Origin: Octopus bimaculoides
Taxonomy: Eukaryota
Length of the DNA: 63,769 bases
Direction of reading: 5' to 3'
Assembly (NCBI RefSeq): GCF_001194135.2
Contig: NC_068984.1
Coordinates: 124,583,051 to 124,646,819, forward strand
A model generated the notes under the pieces. The model ran no database searches. It was not told the DNA's origin and saw nothing but the letters and a program-made list of their open reading frames with translations. Each line of letters opens with the position of its first letter. Within the stretch, counting starts at the first letter, position 1. Positions 52,877-63,769 of the stretch are shown here, in pieces. The position numbers and the translations under genes are program-made.

Positions 52877-55061
52877 TATCTATACACAGATAGGTTGATA
52901 GTTAAATATAGATATAGAGAAACATATGTATGGACATATATACATACATACACACTCGCACACACATATATATGTATATACACGCACATACATACATACA
53001 AATACATATAGAAACATGCGCGCGTGAACACATGCAGATATTTGCGAGCATAGTATTTGCATACAGCTCTCCATAGAAAGAACACATATTGTCAGAAGTG
53101 TTCTGAAAGCTATTCAAAGTCTAACTGATTCGTCTTCGACTGCAAACAGTTCTCATGCCACAATTAAAATTTTTGTGAGTCTCGCTCAAGAAATATACCA
53201 TTCTTCTTACGCTCATGCTAGAAAATGTCATATTCTGGAAGACGTCTGATTCCCAAGATATTATGAATGTATTATGTTGATTATCTCGAAATCTACATTT
53301 TGTTTTTTTTTAAAAACTTACTCGCGGTCTTTTAAATAATACGTATTTGTCGTATTATCTTTTCATAGAATGTGACAGAATGTGAATATAAGAATGTTCA
53401 AAATTTTCCTATTCATCTGTCATGTATACATAGAAAANNNNNNNNNNATATATATGCATATATTGAGAAGTACCAACAATAATGAAACCAACAACTTAGC
53501 TGCCTGTTGCTGATTTTATCATCATATTCCGTTCTACGTTAATATTCAGTGTGAATATTATTTCATAGAGACACAGAGACTTGTATATTCAAACATGGGA
53601 AAACACAGGCAGCCCCTCTCTGGAAAAACATATAAGTGAATGTGTATGATAGTATGGTATGTACATACGGAAGACTGTTTAGCAGCATTTCGTCTAAGAT
53701 CAACTTTGCTTTCCATTGTTTCGTTATCGTTACACTAGATAGCAGTTGAACGATGGCGTCCGTGTATTTGACTAACACTCTGCCCCAAAATTTAGGCCTT
53801 TTGCTCGTGGTAAAGATGTCATTTCTTCTTCGTATTATTGTTATTATTATCGCTATCATCATCATCCTCCTCTGCATCATCATCCCCCTCTGCATCATCA
53901 TCAGCCGCTGCAGTTTAAACAATTTTTTGCCGATTATATTTACATTGTCTTTTATATTCAGTAAAAGTATGACTCCAAAAGCAATTTTTGAACTGCTCAT
54001 TGAATTGTTTTTGTTTAAATAAATTAAATAACAAACATGAAACATGAAACTATAGCGACTACACATTAACATTAGTGACGCATTACTGCTCGTAATTCAA
54101 TTATACAAAGAATGTAATCTCTGAATTATAAATTTGGCTGCAAGTTTTCATTTAATGTAGTGTAAGTCTCAATCGAGGCAACAACGAATCAGAAACGTTT
54201 ATTTCAATCGCAATTTATTCAATGAAACATATCTCATTCAGTTTTCAATCAAATACGGAATGTAATGAATAATACGAAACGATGTAAAGTCGGAAAAGGC
54301 GTTTACCATTTTAGAATATTCAGTAGTTATTCTATCATAGATTTTCATTTCAATTTCGAATTTAAATTACACCTTTCACAATTTTATCCGAATGCAAGTG
54401 TACACACACACACACACACACACATACACACGCACACGCACTAACACACACACACATACACATATATGAGGGTGTATGTATAAGTATATACTTATATTCG
54501 CATATACTGGTAAATGCCTATATAAACACACAACTTTATACGCATACTCACAGACATCTATAAACACCAGCAAATGCAAAACACGCTGAAAGGCACATAT
54601 AAGTGTAAAAGAAACGCGTGTGCGTTAATATACATATATGCATACATACATACATATAGTTAGATAGATAGATAGAAAAATAGATAGACAGATATATAGA
54701 TAGATAGATAGATAGATAGATGGATATATATAGTAGAGATATATTCTTTGATACTATGGGCAACATCTTAAAGTAAATTGTAAGAAATATGAGATAATTG
54801 AGTCGGGGTTCTATTGCCTGATCTTCTCGACCAATTCTTATCTAGTGTTAAATGACATTGAAGGTATCCTATAATGTATGTAAATATGTGTAAATGCGTA
54901 TGTGTGTAAGTGTGTGTGTGTGTGTGAGTGAGACTGTGTTTGTGTGTGTGTATGTGAGTGCGCGCGCGGTGAACGTTGCAGAGAATCAACAAGTTGCAGA
55001 TGAGAGGTGTCAGATGTCCCCGTAAACCGACTCACGTATTCACATAGCATCTTAGAATAAA

Positions 55062-55078
55062 AGTAGTAGTAGTAGTAA

Positions 55079-55144
<66 letters not shown>

Positions 55145-55285
55145 CAACAGCAGCAGCAGAAACAGCAGTAACATAATCAATAATGATAATAATAATAATA
55201 ATAACAACATGAATAAGAATAATAACAACTATGCTGATCGTGATGATGGCAACGATGATGTTGATGATGATGGATGTTGGCAATA

Positions 55286-55340
<55 letters not shown>

Positions 55341-55352
55341 CGATGACGACGA
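55062..55352. repeat. (AGT)n...(GAT)n compound microsatellite
   Basis: Directly visible. Confidence 0.95.
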
Positions 55353-55889
55353 TAAGCGAAAAGTAACTGAGTGCCAGTTTTTTTGTATACTTCTAGAGTT
55401 TACGCTATTTGAAAGACTTTTTTTTCCAGGGATTTGACACGCGCTTTTGCAAGGAATACTGTACAATCTTTCCCATGGTTTATATTCTGTACTGAGTGAC
55501 ACGATCAGACAAAGCATGAACAGAGAAACACAATGCCTTATATTTTCAGATTGGTGTATAGTTATTTCATTTTATTCCTACTCACTAGTCGACTGTTGCT
55601 TTTTTTCAGCCCATGAAGAACAGAAAGCTTCACTAGGTTTAATCTAAAAACGTAAAAAGAACGTAATGGGATACTTCAAAACATTTTTTCAGTGCACTAT
55701 ACCATCCAATACCAGCAAATAGATTAATGGTTTCAATTTGGGCAAAAGGCTAACGATTGTGACCAGAGTTCGTAAACTGTTACCATCGGCTCCAGTAGTT
55801 GATGCTATTCTATTCTCTCGAATCCGTAAGAATGACAGTGAAAGCACGCAAGGAGACGAATCGAATACGGCGAGGCTCTAACGATTCGG

Positions 55890-56108
55890 GAATAATAACA
55901 GTATTTTCTTCTCTAGGCACAAGGCCCAAAATTGGGGGGGGGGGAGAGATCGACCCCAATACGCAAAATTTGGGGATTAGATCGACCCCAGTACGCAACT
56001 GGTGCTTAATTTATCGACCCCGAAAGGATGAAAGGCAAAGTCAACCTCGGCGGAATTCGAACTCAGAAAGTAAAGCATTTCACCCGGTTTGCTAACGATT
56101 CTGCCATT
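55890..56108 (-). mobile_element. Rearranged family-A SINE pieces
   Basis: ATCGACCCCGAAAGGATGAAAGGCAAAGTCAACCTCGGCGGAATTCGAACTCAG. Confidence 0.8.
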
Positions 56109-56111
56109 TCA

Positions 56112-56319
56112 GACAAATACATAACAAAAACACCAGGACTTACAAATATATATAACATACAGAAAATTGCACTACTGGGTACTGCACACATTCTACGCAA
56201 AACACTTTCAATACAGTAAACATAAGAGCACCACAGCAAACCACAGCACATACCCAAGGCGCACAGAGCTGCGCTCGGTAGTGAAGTGAAAGCACGCTAT
56301 AAAAATAAAACTACTGAAC

Positions 56320-56330
<11 letters not shown>
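56112..56330 (+). mobile_element. R4/Dong-type LINE ORF C-terminus and 3'UTR
   Basis: KYITKTPGLTNIYNIQKIALLGTAHILRKTLSIQ* is the typical end of a REL-endonuclease LINE ORF. Followed by (AAT)n. Confidence 0.88.
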
Positions 56331-56367
<37 letters not shown>

Positions 56368-56368
<1 letters not shown>

Positions 56369-56850
56369 GCTTCGGCTTGTGTGCAAATACGAAAGCAGCA
56401 AAACATCACATTCTATTGTCGAGGAAGCTTGCAAATACTCAAGGGGTCTCAGCACTAACCCTGAATTAGATAAAGAACCTGAAACCATTGCCACCAAACA
56501 AGCAAAACGGGTCAAAGCAGAAGCAAATTGGGGAGCGGTGGAGCCAGAAGCCTCTGCATGGCCAGTATATACTTTGAAGGTGATGTAGATCAAGCAACAA
56601 TCCTGTAGCTGAGTAGCTCAGGACTGAAAGCAGAGACTGAAGGTTTCATATTACCGGGAGAAGACCAAAGCTTGCTTACCAAAATTTACTAGGCTAACGA
56701 TTTTCAAAACTGTTCCGACCCTCTAAATGCAGACTCTGCGATACATTTGACGAAACAATAGGCCATCTCGTCTCGGGATGTCCTGTGTTGACACCAAACG
56801 AATAAAAAAATTCGCCACGATAGGGTAGGACAGTATTTACATTGGCAAGT
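56368..56850 (+). mobile_element. R4/Dong-type LINE fragment with CCHC zinc knuckle
   Basis: SSGLKAETEGFI and CRLCDTFDETIGHLVSGCPVL...RHDRVGQYLHWQ. Begins at (AAT)n. Confidence 0.88.
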
Positions 56851-56869
56851 ATGTAAATACTACAAAGTA

Positions 56870-56997
56870 GTATTTACGAGTTCTTTCACAGGGCTTAGAA
56901 AACTGAAGTACCGCTGCTATAAGTATGTGAATGCGAGAGGGAAATACGTTGAATTAAATCATGATTAACTGATCCTCCTGTATTTTCTTTTACTTAA
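56870..56997 (+). mobile_element. Mariner 3' fragment
   Basis: GLRKLKYRCYKYVNARGKYVE resembles the mariner C-terminal G..KL..RW.KC....G.Y.E motif. Confidence 0.55.
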
Positions 56998-57015
56998 ATG
57001 TGTGTGTGTGTGTGT

Positions 57016-57080
57016 ATTACAATTGTCAAGCGAAACTGAGTAAAAATTGGTGAAGAATAATTTCAGCTTTAATAAATAGT

Positions 57081-57112
<32 letters not shown>

Positions 57113-57657
57113 ACACACACACACATACACACACACACACACGCACACGCTCACGCAGACGCACGCACACGCACACGCACTCACACAAACACACATTTAT
57201 TTATCTGTTCCTATAAACTCTATGAATTCTATGGAATTTCCGATGTATGGAATTTCTGATGTATATCCAGTTTACTGGTATGAACATCATCCTGAGCCAG
57301 TCGCTGAAGGTTAAAATATCACTATCTTCTGGGATTTTCCATTCAACACCGACAGAACAATCCAGGCTTATCGACCAGACATAGTCATTAAAGACAGGGA
57401 AGAAAATACTTGTAGATTAATAGATGTAAGTGTTCCCACTGATAAAAATATATATCTGGTGGAAGGAGATTAGTTTATTATATCGAACCCTGTACTCAAC
57501 TGGTACTTAATTTATCGACCACGGAAGGATGAAAGCAAAGTTGACCTCAGTGGAATTTGAACTCAGAACGTAGCGACTGACGAAACACCACTAAGCATTT
57601 CGCCCGGCGTGCTAACGATTCTGCCAGCTACCCGTCTTAATGATAACAACAACTACA

Positions 57658-57722
<65 letters not shown>

Positions 57723-58224
57723 CCTTTCTATTATAGGCACAAGGCCTGAAATTTTGTGGGAGGGGGCTAATCAATTGCATGGACCCTAGTGCCCATCTGT
57801 TACTTAATTTATCGACACCGAAAGGATGAAAGGCAAAGTCGACACCTCGGCGGAATTTGAACTCAGAACGTAAAGATGGCCGTAGTACTGCTAAATATAT
57901 TAATAAACCACGGAAAATATATTTGGTATTTCAAGCGTTACTAAACCCATAAACAAATATATGCATAAATTCCTATGTTCTTCAAACAAATTGACCCCAA
58001 GACTTTTAATCAGTTTTTACAATTAAGTGTGCATAATTTAAACAATGTACAATTGTTTAACAAATTGCTACTTTGTGATCATTAATTATCAATTTCGTTA
58101 ATTAACTTAGAAGGAAACAATTATGTCAAGATAAGCCACAATTAATTACCTAATTGTAATATATATTTTTTCTGTTATTGAATCTCTGTGTGTGTAGTGT
58201 GCGTGCGTGTGCATATGTATGTGC

Positions 58225-58292
<68 letters not shown>

Positions 58293-58525
58293 TACAATTG
58301 TCAAGTGAAACTGAGTAAGAATTGGTGAAGAATAATTTCCGCTTTAATAAATTGTACACACACACACACATACATTCATTTATCTCTTTCTATAAACTCT
58401 ACGTATTCTATGGAATTTCTGATGTATATCCAGTGTATGATAACATCAGATAGCAAATAATTGTGGATGAGCTTTGCATAGTTTTCTAACCGAATCATAT
58501 TTATGTATGTATGTATGTATGTATG

Positions 58526-58599
<74 letters not shown>

Positions 58600-58710
58600 A
58601 CGGGTTGTATGGAATTTCTGATGTATATCCAGTGTACGATGATATCAGAGAGCTAATAACTGTGGATGATCTTTGCATTGGTTTCTAATCGAATCGTATA
58701 AATGTATGTA
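57016..58710 (+). repeat. Local direct duplications (57016-57271 vs 58291-58434; 58397-58510 vs 58596-58710)
   Basis: ATTACAATTGTCAAG(C/T)GAAACTGAGTAA occurs twice. ATGGAATTTCTGATGTATATCCAGT occurs three times. Confidence 0.88.
57460..57890 (-). mobile_element. Two family-A SINEs separated by (AAT)n
   Basis: Copies at about 57460-57638 and 57722-57890. Confidence 0.88.
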
Positions 58711-59939
58711 TGTATATTTATGATTATACTATATGTTACATATATGTTATATCACACCTTGATACTGTGTAGACTAAGATCTCTGTTGACTGGCCGCTGG
58801 TATTTATAGAGTGTTAAACACTTTCGGTATGCCAAGAAGGGACTCCTTCATAGACTAACTGCCCTTTTTAATATTAAAATCTACATTCTTCCGGGTCGGT
58901 AAAATAAATACCACATGAGCACTGGTTTTGATGTAAGAAACTTACTCTCATCCTCTTATATTGCTGGTTTTTTCTCAAAATTTGAAACCATAATTATTAT
59001 TTAAATATTTAAGCAATTAACTAATTAATTAATGGTCGAGGGCACATATTGATGAGTTCGGGTGTGGCAGTGAACGGACTGATTGTTCGATCAAATTTAT
59101 AGTCAAACAGTTGTTAAATCACTTTTATTGGTTACTAATAGTATGTGTCGGTAGCTATTGCTTTTGGGGAATAGTTAACTGTACTTGTTATTCATTTTCA
59201 TCCTCAAGCCATCCCTTAGAAGAAGGCGTTTTTCTGCCATCATCCTTTTCCCAGACACTATACTACATTCTCTATCGTACTTCTACTTGAAATGCTGCTA
59301 ATACTTAGTCCTATGTTGCGTCGAGCTTGCCTACGATAAAAGGCAATTTGTCTTAAGCATCCCTTCTCTACATTATCGAATTTATTCTCTTTGTAAAGCG
59401 GTAAAGTGTGAGTAAGGCAACAAATTGATGGAATAGTTTGAATCACTTGTCCTGACTCTCTGTCCTCTGAGTTCATCTTTGTCATCCTTAAGAGGTAAAT
59501 AAAAACACTTACGTATTTAAGGTGGTTACTTGGTGAAACTGTCAGACAGTGGAGCAAGGGGCTTTGCTGTATCTGTTCCAGCACCTTGCATTTTCCCAGC
59601 AACATCTACGACTGGTGCCAAGATGCATTCGTTCAAATCGGTGACCCTTGTTCCAATAACAACGGTAGATTGTAGAAAGGAGACTTGCATGCATAGATAC
59701 CAGTCAATTTTCCTAAAAAGGAAAATAATAATAATTGCTCTGGTCTACATGTTCAGATGAATAGCTAATTTAGACGAACGGAGACCCTTAAAATGTGTAA
59801 TTCAAGAACATTTGGTTTCTATGTATTGGAAGGCAAATGACTATTTATAGCTATTTTCGTTGGTTCGTCCTTGTGAAATAGTTGGATACGATTTGAAAAG
59901 TATATGGCTGATATTTGTTAGTCGAACGACAATCTAGAA

Positions 59940-60189
59940 CAGTGTTTCTCAATCATTTTTAACCTATGAACCCTTTTGTTTCCTATTTAACTCGGATGGG
60001 CCCGCCAAACCATTCAATATTTAAAAAGTCCTATTATATTTTCATAATTAAATATAATTAGGAATTGTATAAAAGAAATAGTTAAAATATTCTGTGTATT
60101 GTATAAGAAATTTATTGCTGATAAATTTTAATAACAAATCGTATACGGACCCCCGCAAGGGCCATATGGACCCCTATTAAAAACCACTG
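59940..60189. mobile_element. hAT (Charlie-like) MITE with 8-bp TSD
   Basis: Ends CAGTGTTTCTCAA and TTAAAAACCACTG. Flanks ATCTAGAA (59932-39) and ATCTGGAG (60190-97). Confidence 0.8.
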
Positions 60190-60504
60190 ATCTGGAGGGC
60201 TGTCAGTTGTCGTTTCATGTCCCCTGTTCATTTTCTCCGTCTCACGTCGCAGGTGAGTGGGATATAAATGCAAATATATTGGACAATATATCATTGACAG
60301 ACTCTCCGCTTGATAATGTTTTTGACACTCATTTACGTGTGGCCAAATCTTATATAGAGATTATCTTAAGAAGTAGCACATTTAAATCATGGGGTTAGAA
60401 AATATAGAAATGCAAATATATGTATGGGTGTACACACGCACACCATTTCTTTTGGCTCATCATGAATAGCTGTCGTTATCAATTTCCATCATTAGCACCA
60501 ACGA

Positions 60505-61340
60505 AGGCAGCGAGCTGGCAGAAACGTTAGCACTCCGAGCGAAATGCTTAACGGTATTTCGTCTGCCGCTACTTTCTGAGTTCAAATTACACCGAGGTCG
60601 ACCTTGCCTTTTAATCCTTTCGGGGTCGATTAAATAAGTACCAGTTGCGCACTGGGATCGATATAATCGACTTAATCCCTTTGTCTGTCCTTATTTGTCC
60701 CCTCTGTGTGTAGCCCTTGTGGGCAGTAAAAAAAATAAGAAACGTTAGTCGCTGGGTGAAATGCTTAGCAGTATTTCGTCTGTCTTTACGTTCTGAGTTC
60801 AAATTCCGCTGAGGTCGACTTTGCTTTCCATCCTTTTGAGGTCGATAAATTAAGTACCAGTTGCGTACTGGGGTCGATCTAATCGACTGGTCCCCTCCCC
60901 AAAAATTTTGGGCTTTCTGCCTACAGTAGAAAAAAATCGTTAGTGCACTGGGCGAAATGCTTAGCGGTATTTCGTCTACCACTATGTTCTGAGTTCAAAT
61001 TCCGCCGAGGTCGACTTTGCCTTTCATCGTTTCGGGGTCGATAAATTAAGTACCGTTTGAGTACTGGGGTCCCCTACCCCAAATTTCAGACCTTGCGCCT
61101 ATGGCAGAAAAGATTATTAGCACCAACGGAGGCGGTCAACTGGCAGAATGGTTAGCACGCCAGACAAAATACCGAACGTGCATTACGTTCTGCGTTCGAA
61201 TTCTGCCAAAGCCAACTTTACTTTTCATCTTATCGGGATCAATAAAAATAAGTACCAATCGAACACTGGGGTCGATGTAATCGAGTAACCTCCTCCCCGC
61301 AGATTTCAGGCCTTGTGTCTATTGCAGAAAGGATTATTAT
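60505..61340 (+). mobile_element. Head-to-tail array of four family-A SINE units
   Basis: Units at about 60505, 60738, 60935 and 61128. Units 2 and 3 lack the 5' head. Confidence 0.9.
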
Positions 61341-61506
61341 TGCCAACAACTTTATTAATGACAATTTTAATGATGATAAGCATAAATATCATATTACTTG
61401 TTAACGTTTTCCTACGTTAAAATTAGTTCGCGTTTGAGTTAGAGCATTTTATACGTTATGGCCGCTCACGCTTGCAGCCTTACAAGTACATTTATATAGA
61501 AATATA

Positions 61507-61729
61507 TTACTCTTTACTCTTTTACTCTTTTATTTGTTTCAGTCATTTGACTGCGGCCATGCTGGAGCACCGCCTTTAGTCGAGCAAATCGACCCCGGGA
61601 CTTATTCTTTGTAAGCCTAGTACTTATTCTATCGGTCTCTCCCGCCGAAAGGCTAAGTTACGGGGACGTAAACAGACCAGCATTCGTTGTGAAGCGATGT
61701 TGGGGGGGGGGACAAACACAAACACACAN
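61507..61729 (-). mobile_element. SINE 3' half, family C
   Basis: Reverse complement of the 48542-48729 family, with a (TACTCTTT)n tail. Abuts (CA)n and a gap. Confidence 0.9.
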
Positions 61730-63769
61730 NNNNNNNNNNNNNNNNNNNNNNNNNNNNNNNNNNNNNNNNNNNNNNNNNNNNNNNNNNNNNNNNNNNNNNN
61801 NNNNNNNNNNNNNNNNNNNNNNNNNNNNNNNNNNNNNNNNNNNNNNNNNNNNNNNNNNNNNNNNNNNNNNNNNNNNNNNNNNNNNNNNNNNNNNNNNNNN
61901 NNNNNNNNNNNNNNNNNNNNNNNNNNNNNNNNNNNNNNNNNNNNNNNNNNNNNNNNNNNNNNNNNNNNNNNNNNNNNNNNNNNNNNNNNNNNNNNNNNNN
62001 NNNNNNNNNNNNNNNNNNNNNNNNNNNNNNNNNNNNNNNNNNNNNNNNNNNNNNNNNNNNNNNNNNNNNNNNNNNNNNNNNNNNNNNNNNNNNNNNNNNN
62101 NNNNNNNNNNNNNNNNNNNNNNNNNNNNNNNNNNNNNNNNNNNNNNNNNNNNNNNNNNNNNNNNNNNNNNNNNNNNNNNNNNNNNNNNNNNNNNNNNNNN
62201 NNNNNNNNNNNNNNNNNNNNNNNNNNNNNNNNNNNNNNNNNNNNNNNNNNNNNNNNNNNNNNNNNNNNNNNNNNNNNNNNNNNNNNNNNNNNNNNNNNNN
62301 NNNNNNNNNNNNNNNNNNNNNNNNNNNNNNNNNNNNNNNNNNNNNNNNNNNNNNNNNNNNNNNNNNNNNNNNNNNNNNNNNNNNNNNNNNNNNNNNNNNN
62401 NNNNNNNNNNNNNNNNNNNNNNNNNNNNNNNNNNNNNNNNNNNNNNNNNNNNNNNNNNNNNNNNNNNNNNNNNNNNNNNNNNNNNNNNNNNNNNNNNNNN
62501 NNNNNNNNNNNNNNNNNNNNNNNNNNNNNNNNNNNNNNNNNNNNNNNNNNNNNNNNNNNNNNNNNNNNNNNNNNNNNNNNNNNNNNNNNNNNNNNNNNNN
62601 NNNNNNNNNNNNNNNNNNNNNNNNNNNNNNNNNNNNNNNNNNNNNNNNNNNNNNNNNNNNNNNNNNNNNNNNNNNNNNNNNNNNNNNNNNNNNNNNNNNN
62701 NNNNNNNNNNNNNNNNNNNNNNNNNNAACAACAACAACAACAACAGCAACAACATCATTAGACTAACTCCACGAACATGATCCCACGATCATCACAAATC
62801 TCTAACACGATGAACGCCACCAACATTATCACTAACAGAGAACCACCACCACCACAGCAACAATAAACACCTACCACCACCAACAACAACAACCAGCAAA
62901 CACCAGCAGCACCTCCATCATCATCATCATCATCATTATCATCATCATCATCACTTGCACCAGAATCAGTAGAAAAATTAATAAGATCCTTGTCCTGCGC
63001 ACACACGCACCACGACATAAACTCCCTTTCTCACCAACGTCACTTTCTCTGTCTCTGTCTCTGTCCATCCCCCTTTCTTTCTCTTCCTCCCTCTTTCACT
63101 CTCTATCTCTCTAACCCACCCAGGTCACTCTGTAAACCTATACAATATGACCAATAAAAATACCTCTTGCCCGCCGTTCATTCTCCCGAGTCATTATAGT
63201 ATTTATTGCTTTATAGCAAATATATAATACCCACTTCGTTAGGTTCTTAAAACTCCCTACCATCCTTCGTTTACTTTATCTTCAGCTATTTCCGCGTGGT
63301 TTGAAATATCAACCTTATAGTTTTATAATATGGCTTATGAAAATTCTTGACGATTAGCTAACAAATCATTTTACGACATCTTTTTTTTTCTTTTTTTTGG
63401 TGGGTATTTAGGTTTTTATGCGGCGTCTGGAGGAGAGGAATGTGTCTATATTGGTTGATATGTGTGTGTGTGTGTGTGTGTGTGCGTGCGTGTTTGTGCG
63501 TGCGTGTGTGTGTGCGTGTTTGTGTGTGAGTTTGTGTGTGTGTGTATGTGCGTGTATCTATATCTAAGTCTCTCTCTTTCTCTCCCTACACACACATATA
63601 TTATGTATGAATGTATGTATGTATGTATGTATGTTGCTTCAATTTTTTAATTTCGTATTATAAATCTTCAACTGAGGAGGGTGCCGGTTTCCAACAAAGA
63701 TTCAAGGTTCCATCTTTGGAATGTAGTTAACACAAACAAATTCACATTTGGAACTTGAGAAAAGTTTTG

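Noticed and set aside
343-63650. Long ORFs in the track (poly-D, poly-T, HT/VC/YI repeats, X runs)
   Set aside because: They are translations of microsatellites or N gaps and show no domain signatures.

Overview
AT-rich, repeat-dense eukaryotic genomic DNA with many N gaps (about 8 kb of the window). The retroposon families and microsatellite load look like a coleoid cephalopod (Octopus-type) genome; this is inferred from recalled SINE sequences, not from a search. No intact protein-coding gene, rRNA, true tRNA or CRISPR system can be supported. Almost all ORFs in the track are microsatellite or N artefacts. What is supported: many tRNA-derived SINEs (including a recurring dimeric form), decayed LINE fragments (R4/Dong, L1-Tx1, RTE, CR1), decayed DNA transposons (mariner, Chapaev3, hAT-type MITEs), a fold-back MITE, and a probable HAUS7-like pseudogene fragment. 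The most interesting signals are (i) six remnants carrying minimal hammerhead-ribozyme-like motifs typical of Penelope-like elements, (ii) a 70-78 bp minisatellite with a conserved core and a templated inverted copy inside a nearby SINE, (iii) R4/Dong fragments repeatedly sitting at (AAT)n tracts, and (iv) a composite SINE dimer seen at two loci. I found no clearly novel multi-gene system. Element boundaries are by eye and approximate unless TIRs or TSDs are quoted.
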